A stretch of DNA of 64,000 nucleotides, from positions 160,001-224,000 of the forward strand of contig CAVUVW010000019.1 of assembly GCA_963745035.1 (NCBI GenBank), read 5' to 3'. The notes beneath the pieces were generated by a model. The model saw nothing but the letters and a program-made list of their open reading frames with translations, ran no database searches and was not told where the DNA came from. A program made the position numbers and the translations under genes. Of the stretch, positions 22,661-32,614 are shown one piece after another. Every line of letters begins with the position of its first letter. The first letter of the stretch is position 1. Origin of the DNA: an uncultured delta proteobacterium. GTDB lineage: Bacteria > Desulfobacterota > Binatia > UBA9968.

Positions 22661-23623
22661 ATGTCGAAAATTTTTATCAGTTACCGCAGGGATGATAGCG
22701 CGGCGCACGCCGGGCGGTTGTACGACCGGCTTTCCGCTCATTTCGGCGCCGATCAGGTCTTCATGGATACGGATGATATTCCGCCGGGCGCCGATTTCGC
22801 AGCGCACATCGAGGCTCGCGTCGGTTCATGCGACGCAATGATTGTTGTCATCGGGAAAGAATGGCTGACGGCGCGCAATGCCGCCGGGCAGCGGCGCTTG
22901 AGCGATCCCAACGACTTTGTGGCGTTGGAAGTGTCCTCGATTCTAAAGCGTAAAGCGCTCGTTATTCCCGTTCTGGTCGGCGGCGCACAGATGCCGAGGG
23001 CCGACGAACTGCCCAGCAATCTAAAAGGACTGGCCAGACGCAATGCCTTGACCATCAGCGATCAGGAATTTACACGAGCCGCTGACGACCTAATCGCGGC
23101 GCTCGAGAAGTCAACGAAGCTCGGAAATTCGACAACGAAGCTTGCCAGCGAAACTGCCAGAGCCGAGCTGCGCCAGAAGCTTCTACGCCGGATGATTTGG
23201 AAGGTGCCGATCATATTGCTGCTGGTCTCCTTTGCCGTCTGGTGGGAATGGCGCAAGCAGCCGGCGAACGACAGCAGTTTTCAAGCATCCTCCGCCGCAT
23301 TCGCCGGCTCCTGGACGGGCGAGGTGACGTACAGCTGGAGCGCAAAATACAACGAAACGTTTTTTTTCCAACCCGAAGGCGGCAAGCTCTTCGGCACCGT
23401 CAGTTTTCTCGGAGGGAAGCGTGGCATCGAGGAAGGCAAGATCGCAGGAGAGATCATTTCGTTCTACGTGGGTTACGAAGAAGTGTCCGGTGGCGAGAGC
23501 CGGCAACGCAAGAACTACTATTGGGGAAAATTGAACGGCGATGAGATCAGCATGCGCATGCAGGACGATCGTGGCAGTCCGGCGGTGGAGTGGGTTCTGA
23601 AGAAGGATAATTCGCCCAGGTAA
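22661..23623 (+). CDS. TIR-domain protein with transmembrane helix and C-terminal beta-rich domain
   Basis: KIFISYRRDDS, VFMD, VVIGKEWL, DFVALEV, VIPVLVGGA; TM segment VPIILLLVSFAVWW. Confidence 0.88.
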   Translation: MSKIFISYRRDDSAAHAGRLYDRLSAHFGADQVFMDTDDIPPGADFAAHIEARVGSCDAMIVVIGKEWLTARNAAGQRRLSDPNDFVALEVSSILKRKALVIPVLVGGAQMPRADELPSNLKGLARRNALTISDQEFTRAADDLIAALEKSTKLGNSTTKLASETARAELRQKLLRRMIWKVPIILLLVSFAVWWEWRKQPANDSSFQASSAAFAGSWTGEVTYSWSAKYNETFFFQPEGGKLFGTVSFLGGKRGIEEGKIAGEIISFYVGYEEVSGGESRQRKNYYWGKLNGDEISMRMQDDRGSPAVEWVLKKDNSPR

Positions 23624-23752
23624 TCCAACCTCTTGAGCGTGGATAAATTCGGACTCACCATGAAACGAATTCCCGATTAGCTCCGGCAACGGCGGCTCGG
23701 ACTCAGAATGTATCCCGCAAAGGCGCAAAGTCGCCAAGCGACACGGCCGGCG

Positions 23753-23813
23753 TGTCGTGCCGAACGGGATGTGAGGGATCTAAGAAAGATTTCTCTCTTC
23801 GTTCGAAATGACA
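23753..23813. repeat. TGTC...CGAAATGACA palindromic element
   Basis: Same family as 11311..11383. Confidence 0.7.
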
Positions 23814-23907
23814 ATCGTGGGTTCCTTTGCCGGCCCTTCGCCCGCGCCGGGCGCTGGTGCTTCGCTTGACGGTTTTCCGACCAACCGTTATCCTCGCAAG
23901 CAACCTC

Positions 23908-25020
23908 ATGGATCAAGAAATTATTTCACGACTCAAAAAGCGCATCGGCGGCGCCGGGCTCGATGCAATTATCGCCGTCTCGCCGGAAAATGTCAGCTAT
24001 GTCTCGGGCTTTGTCGTGCCGTCGCAGTCGCTCATGCGCTGGCGCCATGCGGCGGTCATCGTTACCGTCGATGGACGGGTGGCGATGGTCGCTATCGACA
24101 TGGAAGCGACCACGGTCAGGGCGCACGCGGGCATCGACGATCTGAGGATTTATCGCGAGTTTAGCGACGACCCGATGGAAAAGCTGGCCGAGTCGCTGCG
24201 GGACTTGAAGCTCGATCGCGGCAAGGTGGGCATCGAAATGGAGTTTTTGCCGGCGAAGGATTTTGCCGCGTTGCAAAAGCACGCGCCGGCGATTCAGTGG
24301 GTCGGCGCCGACGCGATTTTCAACAAGGCGCGGCAGATCAAAACGCCGAACGAATTGGCGCTGCTGCGCTCGCTGAGCAAGCTTACCGACAAGGCGCTGG
24401 GAGACGCTCTCAGGTCGGCAAGAGTGGGTGTGAGCGAGATGGAGCTTGCCGGAACGTTGCTGACCTCGCTGTTCGGCGGCGGCGCCGAGAGCTACAAGCT
24501 CATGATCATCGCCACGGGAGAGCGCAGCCAGTTTCCCAATGTCGGTCCGACGGAGCGCAAGCTCAAACACGGCGACATCATGCGGATGGAGATTTTCGGT
24601 CAGAAGAGCGGCTATCTCACCGGGGTGTGCCGCACGGCGGTGGTCGGCGACGCGACGCCGGAGCAGTACAAGATCTGGTCCAATCTGATCGAGTGCAAAT
24701 ATCTGGTCATGGACCTGATCAAGCCCGGCGCGAGCTGTCCGGAGATCTACCGAAGATTCCTGGCGAAATTCAGCGCGCTCGGCTTCGAGCCGATCAGCTT
24801 CGTCGCCCACGGCATCGGACTTCATCTGCACGAAGAGCCGTACATGGGCCGCTACGGCAACGAGATCGTCGAAGCGGGCATGGTCGGCGCCTTCGAGCCG
24901 CTGGTCTACATTCCTGGGCGGTTCGGCATGCAGAACAAGGACATGTTCTGCGTGACCGAAAAGGGCTGCGAGCTGCTTTCCGACGTCACGCCGACGGACA
25001 CGCTTTTGCGAGTAGGTTGA
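23908..25020 (+). CDS. M24 Xaa-Pro peptidase family protein
   Basis: SPENVSYVSGF, RQIKTPNE, AHGIGLHLHEEP, FEP. Confidence 0.88.
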   Translation: MDQEIISRLKKRIGGAGLDAIIAVSPENVSYVSGFVVPSQSLMRWRHAAVIVTVDGRVAMVAIDMEATTVRAHAGIDDLRIYREFSDDPMEKLAESLRDLKLDRGKVGIEMEFLPAKDFAALQKHAPAIQWVGADAIFNKARQIKTPNELALLRSLSKLTDKALGDALRSARVGVSEMELAGTLLTSLFGGGAESYKLMIIATGERSQFPNVGPTERKLKHGDIMRMEIFGQKSGYLTGVCRTAVVGDATPEQYKIWSNLIECKYLVMDLIKPGASCPEIYRRFLAKFSALGFEPISFVAHGIGLHLHEEPYMGRYGNEIVEAGMVGAFEPLVYIPGRFGMQNKDMFCVTEKGCELLSDVTPTDTLLRVG

Positions 25021-25025
25021 GCTCG

Positions 25026-26180
25026 ATGAAAATCACCAGGATCGAAACCATTCCGATTCGCCTGCCGACGCGGCGGCTGCACCAGTGGGCGAGCCTGACC
25101 ACACCGATCGGCGTTTACGTCATTATCAAGCTTCACACCGACGAAGGCTTGATCGGTCTCGGCGAAGCGCCGGTGTTGAAAGATTGGGGCGGCGACCACG
25201 GCAAATATTTCGGCGAAACGCCGCAGACGACGATGCACGTCATCAACGACATTCTCGCGCCGGCGTTGTCCGGCCAGGAGCCGGGCCGCTTCGAGTCGCT
25301 TCACGCGCTCATGGACAGGGCCGTGAAAGGCTACCCGTATTGCAAAGCGGCGATCGACGCGGCGCTTTACGACGTCGTCGGCAAAGCACTGAAGATTCCG
25401 GCCTACCAACTGCTCGGCGGTTTGTTCCGCGACCGTGTGCCGATCGCTCATAGCTTGGGTCTCATGGAAATCGACAAGGCGGTCGAGGAGGCGGCGCAGG
25501 CGAAGGCCGAGGGCGTGAAGACGATCAAGCTCAAGTGCGGCGTCGATCCCAAGCGCGACGTCGAGTTGGTGAAGCAGATCCGCAAAGCGATCGGGCCGGA
25601 TCTGAATATCTGCACGGACGCCAACCAGGGTTATCCAACGGCCAAGGCCGCGGTGAAAATCACCAAGGCGATGGAAGAGTACAATCTGCTCTACATGGAG
25701 CAACCGGTGGAAGGGCTCGATGCGATGGCCGAAGTGGCGCGGCGCGTCGATACGCCGATCATGGCCGACGAGAGCGCCTGGACGCCCCAGGACGTGATCG
25801 AGATCGCGCAGAAGAAAGCCGCCGACATGATTTCCATCTATACGACTAAGCCCGGCGGCATGTTCAAAGCGAAAAAAGTCGCTGCGGTGGCCGAGGCTGC
25901 CGGGCTGCGGTGCAACGTCAACGGCTCGGTGGAGACGGGCGTGGGCAACGCCGCCAACGTGCATCTGGCCGCATGCACCGGCGTTGTGACGTACGGCTGC
26001 GTCGTGCCGGTCTCGACGCCGAAAGGAAAAGGCAAGGGCGGCATCGCCGGCGTTTATTACCAGGATGACATCATCCGGGAGCCATTCGAATACTCCGACG
26101 GCGACGTGATCGTTTCTGCCAAACCGGGCCTCGGTATCGAGCTCGACGAGGAGAAGCTGAAGCAGTATCGAATCGGCTAG
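25026..26180 (+). CDS. Enolase superfamily, muconate cycloisomerase subgroup
   Basis: TDEGLIGLGE, AAIDAALYD, KLK, DANQG, EQP, MADES, KPGLGIE. Confidence 0.9.
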   Translation: MKITRIETIPIRLPTRRLHQWASLTTPIGVYVIIKLHTDEGLIGLGEAPVLKDWGGDHGKYFGETPQTTMHVINDILAPALSGQEPGRFESLHALMDRAVKGYPYCKAAIDAALYDVVGKALKIPAYQLLGGLFRDRVPIAHSLGLMEIDKAVEEAAQAKAEGVKTIKLKCGVDPKRDVELVKQIRKAIGPDLNICTDANQGYPTAKAAVKITKAMEEYNLLYMEQPVEGLDAMAEVARRVDTPIMADESAWTPQDVIEIAQKKAADMISIYTTKPGGMFKAKKVAAVAEAAGLRCNVNGSVETGVGNAANVHLAACTGVVTYGCVVPVSTPKGKGKGGIAGVYYQDDIIREPFEYSDGDVIVSAKPGLGIELDEEKLKQYRIG

Positions 26181-26279
26181 CAACCACAAAAGCTGCGTCC
26201 TACACCTTCATCATCCCTCGCGACAGCGGGAGAAAAAAGAGGAGGGAGAAATTCAGCCGCAAAGAGCGCGTTCAGTTCA

Positions 26280-27407
26280 ATGTCAATAAAAAAAATCGCA
26301 ATTTTGGGCGCCGGCAACGGCGGATGCGCCGCCGCCGCCGATCTGACCTTGCGCGGCTTTCAAGCGCGCTTGTTCTCGCGCTCGGAGAGCACCATCGCCG
26401 CTCTCGCCAAGCGCGGCGAGATCGAGCTGATCGAGAACGGCGAGCAGAAATTTGCCGCGCCGTTTTTCATGAGCCCGCACCTGCCACCGGTGGTGCAGGG
26501 CGTCGATCTGATCGTGATCGCGACGCCGGCGGTGGGCCACGAGTATCTCGCGGAAAATCTGGCAAAACATCTCATCGACGGGCAGCGAATCCTTCTCAAC
26601 CCGGGCCACACCGGCGGCTCGCTTCATTTTGCCCATCTCTTGCGCGCACTGGGCTGCAAGGCGGAGTTGCAGCTCTGCGAGACGGTCACCCTCACCTACA
26701 TTTGCCGGATGCCGGAGCCGGGAAAAGTGGAAATATACCGGCGCACGACCAATCTTCGCTGCGCCGCATTTCCGGGGAAGCACACTTCCAAGCTCGTCGA
26801 GGAGATTCAGCAGGTTTTTCCCAATGTGGTAGCGGCGGCCAACGTTCTCGAAACTGGGTTTTCGAACATCAACGCGATCATGCATCCCGCCGGCATGCTC
26901 GGCAATGCCGGATGGATCGAGAAAAGTGGCGGCGATTTCCTCTGGTACACCGAAGGCGTGACGCCCGCGATCGGCCGATGGATCGATCAAGTAGATGAAG
27001 AGCGTTTGGCGATCGTCCGATCGCTCGGGCTGGAGCCGCTGCCCTTCGTCAATATTTTTCACCGGGCCGGGCTCACCTCCGACGCCGGGCGCGACAGCGG
27101 GTCGGCGTATCGCGCGATCCAGGAAAGCGCGGCTAATAGCACGATCAAGTCGCCGCCGTCGCTCGATCATCGTTACATCCGCGAGGACATCGGCTACGGC
27201 TTGGTGCCGATGGCGGAGATCGGCAGATTGGCCGGCGTCAAGACTCCGATGATGGATGCGCTGATTACTTTGGCGTCTGTGGCGCTGGGGATAGATTTTC
27301 GCGCCGAAGGGTTGACCCTGGAGAAGATGGGACTGGCGGGGACAACGCGAGAACAGACACTAAGGATTCTGGAAAACGGATTCGATGCTTCGACAGGCTC
27401 AGCATGA
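26280..27407 (+). CDS. NAD/NADP octopine/nopaline (opine) dehydrogenase family
   Basis: ILGAGNGG, NPGHTGG, NINAIMHP, HRYIREDIGYGLVP, KTPMMDALI. Confidence 0.9.
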   Translation: MSIKKIAILGAGNGGCAAAADLTLRGFQARLFSRSESTIAALAKRGEIELIENGEQKFAAPFFMSPHLPPVVQGVDLIVIATPAVGHEYLAENLAKHLIDGQRILLNPGHTGGSLHFAHLLRALGCKAELQLCETVTLTYICRMPEPGKVEIYRRTTNLRCAAFPGKHTSKLVEEIQQVFPNVVAAANVLETGFSNINAIMHPAGMLGNAGWIEKSGGDFLWYTEGVTPAIGRWIDQVDEERLAIVRSLGLEPLPFVNIFHRAGLTSDAGRDSGSAYRAIQESAANSTIKSPPSLDHRYIREDIGYGLVPMAEIGRLAGVKTPMMDALITLASVALGIDFRAEGLTLEKMGLAGTTREQTLRILENGFDASTGSA

Positions 27408-27467
27408 GCGGATTCGATAACAATTCTGCATTGTGACTTCCGTGCACCCTGAGCGCGTCGAAGGGTG
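27388..27467. repeat. CTTCGACAGGCTCAG-type palindromic element overlapping the opine dehydrogenase stop
   Basis: CTTCGACAGGCTCAGCATGAGCGG ... CACCCTGAGCGCGTCGAAGGGTG. Confidence 0.65.
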
Positions 27468-27500
27468 ATCCGAAAATTGCTTCGGTAGAGAGGGTAACCC

Positions 27501-28484
27501 ATGCGCGTTGGATTATGTTTCGACGGTTTTTATTCGATCCAGGAGATGATCGAGCTGGCCCAACTCGCCGACGAAGTCGGCATGCACTCGGTGTGGATGT
27601 CGGATCATCTTTGTTTTCGGGATTCGTTGACGACGGCGATGGCGCTTCTGGCGTCGACCAGGAGGATCAACATTGCGGCGGCGCCGATGAGCCCTTACTC
27701 GCGCAATCCGATCATCACCGCCATGTCGATTGCGACCATGGATGAGTTCGCTCCGGGGCGGGTGATCGCGAGCCCGGGAACGGGCAACGCCGCGGCGTTA
27801 AAGGAAGCCGGCATGGAATCGCCGCACCCGCTCCAAACCATGCGCGAATACGTCGATATACTGCGCCGTTATCTAAACGGTGAGGCGGTGAAATTTCAGG
27901 GTAAGATGTTTCAAATCAACGGTGCCAAGATGGGCTTTGCGCCGTCGAAGCCGATCCCCATGTACATCACTGCGGTGCGGCCGCTAATGCTGCGCCTCGG
28001 CGGGGAAATCGGCGACGGCGTGCTGCTCTCGGGCGGCTGCTCGCCTGGCTACATCGCGCGCTGCGTGGGCGAGATCCAAGCGGGCGCCGAAAAGGCGGGC
28101 AAAAATCTCGAGCAATGCGACGTGGCGGGGTTCGTTACCGCCACCGTTTCGCAAAGCGCGAAAGAAGCCGTCGAAGCGAACAAACTATTTCTCGCCTACA
28201 TTTTTCGCAATGTGCATCACGCCGAAAATATCCGGCTGGGCGGCGGCGCGGTGGACCAGGAAGGGCTTGCCGCCGCGGTGGCGAAGCGCGATTGGGACGC
28301 GGCCAAGAAATTCATCAGCGACGAGGTAGTGCACGCCCACTCCATCGCCGGCACGCCGGCGGATTGCCGAAAACAGCTCGATGCCTTCGTCCGCGCCGGC
28401 CTCAATCTGCCCATCCTCCTGCCGACGGGCACGCAGGAAGCCCGAAAGGGAGTCGTCGCAATGGCGCGCGGCTTGGTAAGTTGA
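27501..28484 (+). CDS. LLM class flavin-dependent oxidoreductase
   Basis: SVWMSDH, PYSRNP, ATMDEFAPGR, GEIGDGVLL, IAGTP. Confidence 0.9.
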   Translation: MRVGLCFDGFYSIQEMIELAQLADEVGMHSVWMSDHLCFRDSLTTAMALLASTRRINIAAAPMSPYSRNPIITAMSIATMDEFAPGRVIASPGTGNAAALKEAGMESPHPLQTMREYVDILRRYLNGEAVKFQGKMFQINGAKMGFAPSKPIPMYITAVRPLMLRLGGEIGDGVLLSGGCSPGYIARCVGEIQAGAEKAGKNLEQCDVAGFVTATVSQSAKEAVEANKLFLAYIFRNVHHAENIRLGGGAVDQEGLAAAVAKRDWDAAKKFISDEVVHAHSIAGTPADCRKQLDAFVRAGLNLPILLPTGTQEARKGVVAMARGLVS

Positions 28485-28561
28485 TTCAACGCGCCTTTTT
28501 GATACTTATATCGCGCTTTGCTGGATGTTTGTGCTTTTCGTCGTCTAAGACGTGAGGAGGT

Positions 28562-29584
28562 GTGTGTATGGTTCTCAATAGCTTCTGCTCCTATTTGCGC
28601 CAGACGATTTTTTTCGCCATCGTGTGCACGGCTCTTCCGGCATCGGCGCAGCAAGTCAGCGTCGAGGCGGCGAAGAAAGAGGGGAAGGTCGTCGTTTACG
28701 GCACGATCATTCCGCAGGTGATGAAGCTGATCGAGGCGGGTTTCGAGACCCAGTACGGCGTCAACATCGAATACTGGCGCGGCGACGCGACCAAAGTCGT
28801 CGATCGGGTGCTGACCGAATGGCGCGCCGGGAAACCCGGCTTCGACGTGGTCATCGGCGCGCGCGGGCCGCTCGCATTGGCGAAAGCCGATGGCGTGTAC
28901 GCCAAGTTTGCGCCGCCGAGCGCGGCAAACTTTCCCGCGAAGTTCAAAGACAAGGACGGGCAGCTCACGGCTTGGCGCATCACGCCGGTGGGCATTCTCC
29001 TCAACACCGAGCAGGTGAAAGCGAACGACGCGCCGAAGAGCTGGGATGACCTTTTACATCCCAAATGGCACGGCAAAATCAGCATGCCCGATCCTTCCCG
29101 GCACGCGAGCACGGCGGCCTTCTTGTCCAATATCCAGCAAATCAAGGGCGACAAATGGATGGACTTCGTGCGCGCCTTGGCGAAGCAGAAGCCGTTGCTG
29201 GTCGAATCGTATTCTTCGGTGCCCAACGCCATCGTCCGCGGTGAAGCGGCTTTGGGAATCAGCTACGTTCAATATGCCGGGCAAACCAAAGGGCCCATCG
29301 GCTTCGCGCCGGCGGTGCAATCGTTCGCCGACCCGAGCGACGCGGCCTTGAGCGCCAAGGCGGCCAACCCCAACGCCGCCAAATTTCTGATCGATTATCT
29401 CTGTTCGCCCGAGGGACAAAAGAAAGTCGCCGAGATCAACGAGTTCGTGGTCTCTCCGGGGATTTATCCGCCGATCAACGGCGCCGACCGGATTCTCGCC
29501 AATTTGCTCCTGCTCGAAGATCCGAGCGCGGAGCAACTGCAAAAGCTTCAGGCCGAGTTTCGCCAGCTGTTTCTCGTCCGATAG
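28562..29584 (+). CDS. Extracellular solute-binding protein (FbpA/AfuA-like)
   Basis: AAKKEGKVVVY, PKSWDDLLHPKWHGKI, LCSPEGQK. Confidence 0.88.
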   Translation: MCMVLNSFCSYLRQTIFFAIVCTALPASAQQVSVEAAKKEGKVVVYGTIIPQVMKLIEAGFETQYGVNIEYWRGDATKVVDRVLTEWRAGKPGFDVVIGARGPLALAKADGVYAKFAPPSAANFPAKFKDKDGQLTAWRITPVGILLNTEQVKANDAPKSWDDLLHPKWHGKISMPDPSRHASTAAFLSNIQQIKGDKWMDFVRALAKQKPLLVESYSSVPNAIVRGEAALGISYVQYAGQTKGPIGFAPAVQSFADPSDAALSAKAANPNAAKFLIDYLCSPEGQKKVAEINEFVVSPGIYPPINGADRILANLLLLEDPSAEQLQKLQAEFRQLFLVR

Positions 29585-29655
29585 AAGCGCCGCGCGGTTG
29601 CTTGACTTGAAGCGCTCGGATGGTACTTTCGACCTGTCTTTTCAAGGAGGGTGAG

Positions 29656-30672
29656 GTGAAACAAAAACTCCGGATGTTGCTTCCTGTTCTAAGCTTGAGT
29701 TTTGCCCTGAGCGCGCCGGGCGCGGTCGTGGCCCAGTCGGTCAATGTGGATGCCGCGAAGAAAGAGGGCAAGGTCATCGTGTACGGCTCGGTGGTGCCCC
29801 AGGCGATGGAAGATTTTCATAGAGGCTTCGAGTCGAAATACGGCATCAAGGTGGAGTACTGGCGCGGCGATTCGACGAAGGTTTCCGAGCGCGCGCTCAC
29901 GGAGTGGCGCGCCGGCAAGCCGGGCTTCGACGTGGTCGAGGGCAACCGCGGCGTGCAGTTGATCATGAAGCAGGAGGGCTTGTTCACCAAGTTCGTGCCG
30001 CCCGCTTCGGAAAAATTCCCGGCGCAGGTGAAAGAAAAGGACGGCCTGATCACGCCGTGGCGCGTGCTGCCGATCAGCATTCTTTACAACACCGACATGG
30101 TCAAGCCGGCCGAGCTGCCGAAGACGTTCGATGATCTGCTGCAGCCCAAATGGACGGGCAAAATCTCCATGCCCGACCCGACGCGGCACACGACCACGGC
30201 GCAGTTCCTGTGGAACCTCCAGAAGTTCAAAAAAGACAACTGGCTCGATCTAGTGCGCGGTTTGGCGAAGCAGAAGCCGGTGCTGGTGGATTCCTTGGCG
30301 CCGGTCACCACTTCGGTCATCAAGGGGGAGGCGCCCCTCGGCATCACCTACGTCAAGTACGTGAAGCAGTACAAAGGCCCGGTGCATTACGTGCTGATGG
30401 ATCAGTATCTGGCCGATCCAAACTACATGTCCGTCGGCGTCAAGGCGCCTAACGCCAACGCGGCCAAGCTCTACGTCGACTACGCCTGTTCGCCGGAAGG
30501 CCAGAAGCACATCGCCGAGGACGGCGAGTTCGTCTTCGCGCCGGGCGTGCTGCCGCCGATCAAGGACGCGGAAAAAGTCCAGCCTAATATCGTGTTGATG
30601 GACAATCCATCGCGCGAGGAATTCAAGAAGCTCATGTCCGGCACGTTTCGCGAGATCTTTTATGCCAAGTAG
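29656..30672 (+). CDS. Extracellular solute-binding protein (FbpA/AfuA-like), tandem paralog
   Basis: AAKKEGKVIVY, YWRGDSTKV, PKTFDDLLQPKW, CSPEGQK. Confidence 0.88.
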   Translation: MKQKLRMLLPVLSLSFALSAPGAVVAQSVNVDAAKKEGKVIVYGSVVPQAMEDFHRGFESKYGIKVEYWRGDSTKVSERALTEWRAGKPGFDVVEGNRGVQLIMKQEGLFTKFVPPASEKFPAQVKEKDGLITPWRVLPISILYNTDMVKPAELPKTFDDLLQPKWTGKISMPDPTRHTTTAQFLWNLQKFKKDNWLDLVRGLAKQKPVLVDSLAPVTTSVIKGEAPLGITYVKYVKQYKGPVHYVLMDQYLADPNYMSVGVKAPNANAAKLYVDYACSPEGQKHIAEDGEFVFAPGVLPPIKDAEKVQPNIVLMDNPSREEFKKLMSGTFREIFYAK

Positions 30673-30779
30673 ATTCGCCCGAAGGTAGCTCGTCGCGACG
30701 ATCCGAGGGCCGGCCTTTGCGCCGGCCTTCTTCGTTCTATCCTGAAAAGCATGTTGAGTGAGATAAACACGAGGGCCAG

Positions 30780-32498
30780 ATGATCGAGCGCGCACTGGCC
30801 ATGTTCCGCCGCGACCCGCAGCTCTCCGTGGTGCTGTTCGTCGGCGTCGTGATCGCCTTTCTCAGTCTTTCGCCGACCTTGATGCTCTTCTACGGAAGCT
30901 TCCGTGAGAAACCGCTCGGCGTGGCCAGCGATTTCTCCCTGGCGCACTACATCCACGCCTACACCGATCCGCTGACCTACGAGCTGCTGCTCAATTCGTT
31001 TTTGTTCGCCGCGGGCTCCTCGCTGCTGGCGACCTTTCTGGCGGCGACCCTGGCGTGGATCTCCATTCGCACCAACGCGCCCTTTCGCCGGCTTTTCGAG
31101 CTCACCGCCATCGTGCCGAATATTTTTCCGCCGGTCATGCTGGCGGTTTCGTGGACGGTGTTGCTGAGCCCGCGCACGGGATTGATCAACCGCGCGCTCA
31201 TGGAGATCTTCGGCTTCGCCGAGGCGCCTTTCAATATTTACTCCATCCCCGGCATGGTGTTCGTCGAGGCGTTGATCACCGCGCCGCTGGCGTTCTTGCT
31301 GATTTCCGCGGCGCTCTACTCCATGGACCCTGCGCTCGAAGAGTCGGCGCGGGTCGCCGGCTCGTCGAATCTGCAGATCGCCCGGCGCATCACGTTTCCG
31401 ATCGTCCGGCCGGCACTGCTCGCGTCGATCATGCTGAATTTCGTGCGCGCCATCGAGAGCTTCGACACGCCGGCGATCATCGCGCTGCCGGCGCGCATCG
31501 AGGTGTTCACGACCAAAATTTATCGCGAAGCGATCGGCGCGTTTCCGCCCAATCAGAATCTCGCCGCCGCCTACGCCGTCTCGCTGCTCGCGATCACCAT
31601 GATCTTCGTCTACTTTTATCGTCGCCTGACGGCGCGCTCCGAGCGCTACGTCACGGTCACGGGGCGGGGCTACCGGCCGATGATCATCGATCTGGGCCGA
31701 TGGCGCTACGCCGCCTCGGCGCTGGCCGGCTCGATGCTGGTGCTCATCGTCGTGCTGCCGTTCCTGGTGGTCATCTACGTTTCCTTTGTCACTTACGTGC
31801 ACGTGCCGGGAGCCAAGACCTGGGAGCTTCTCACCCTGGACAACTACCGCGCCAACTTCGGCGACGAGCGAACGTTTCGCGCGCTGAAAAACAGCCTGCT
31901 GCTCGGCGTCGGCGGCGCGACATTGTGCATGCTGATCGCGGCGCTGACGGCGTGGGTGACAACCAAAACCAAGGTGGCGGGGCGCGGCGTGATCGAAGCG
32001 CTGACCTTCATTCCCTGGGCATTTCCCGGCACGGCGCTGGCCATCGGCCTGCTCTGGACCTATGTCTACATGCCGCTGCCGATCTACGGCACGCTCTGGA
32101 TTTTGCTGATCGGCTACATCACGCGCTTTTTGCCGTACGGCTTGCGCACGATGACCAGCACCATCGTCCAGCTCCACGACGACCTGCAGCAGGCATCGAT
32201 GGTTTGCGGCGCGAGCTTCCTGGCGACGTTCCGGCGCATCTTGCTGCCGCTCTTGCGGCCTGGGTTCATCGCCGGCTGGATCATCCTCGCGACGATCTAT
32301 CTGCGCGAATTCAGCATGTCGGTGTTTCTCTATTCGCCCGGCTCCGAGCCGCTGGGACCGCTGCTCTATCATTTTTACGTCGACGGCAATCTCGGGCCGA
32401 TGTGCTCGCTGGCGCTGATCGTGAGCGTGGTGTGCATCGCGCTCATCATCGCGGCCCGGCGCATCGGCAAGGCCGGCGGAGCGATCGAGGGACATTGA
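30780..32498 (+). CDS. ABC transporter permease (FbpB-type, double transmembrane domain)
   Basis: Hydrophobic; MDPALEESARVAG and LQQASMVCGAS EAA-like loops. Confidence 0.92.
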   Translation: MIERALAMFRRDPQLSVVLFVGVVIAFLSLSPTLMLFYGSFREKPLGVASDFSLAHYIHAYTDPLTYELLLNSFLFAAGSSLLATFLAATLAWISIRTNAPFRRLFELTAIVPNIFPPVMLAVSWTVLLSPRTGLINRALMEIFGFAEAPFNIYSIPGMVFVEALITAPLAFLLISAALYSMDPALEESARVAGSSNLQIARRITFPIVRPALLASIMLNFVRAIESFDTPAIIALPARIEVFTTKIYREAIGAFPPNQNLAAAYAVSLLAITMIFVYFYRRLTARSERYVTVTGRGYRPMIIDLGRWRYAASALAGSMLVLIVVLPFLVVIYVSFVTYVHVPGAKTWELLTLDNYRANFGDERTFRALKNSLLLGVGGATLCMLIAALTAWVTTKTKVAGRGVIEALTFIPWAFPGTALAIGLLWTYVYMPLPIYGTLWILLIGYITRFLPYGLRTMTSTIVQLHDDLQQASMVCGASFLATFRRILLPLLRPGFIAGWIILATIYLREFSMSVFLYSPGSEPLGPLLYHFYVDGNLGPMCSLALIVSVVCIALIIAARRIGKAGGAIEGH

Positions 32499-32503
32499 GA
32501 AGA

Positions 32504-32606
32504 AGGCAATAGGCATTAGGCAACAGGCAACAGTGGCTTAGAAATAGGAGGGGAGCCGTCGATTCCCAGACCAGTACTCCATTACTCCAACACTCCAATA
32601 CTCCAA
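32504..32606. repeat. AGGCAAY heptamer run plus TACTCCA octamer run
   Basis: AGGCAATAGGCATTAGGCAACAGGCAACAG; TACTCCATTACTCCAACACTCCAATACTCCAA. Confidence 0.7.
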
Positions 32607-32614
32607 GGATTTCC

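Noticed and set aside
24297-25025. Long N-terminal extension of the enolase-family ORF
   Set aside because: Overlaps the M24 gene in another frame; the real start is ATG 25026
30660-32516. Long antisense and alternate-frame ORFs (618 aa, 485 aa, and similar ones elsewhere)
   Set aside because: Shadows of GC-rich coding sequence with no motifs
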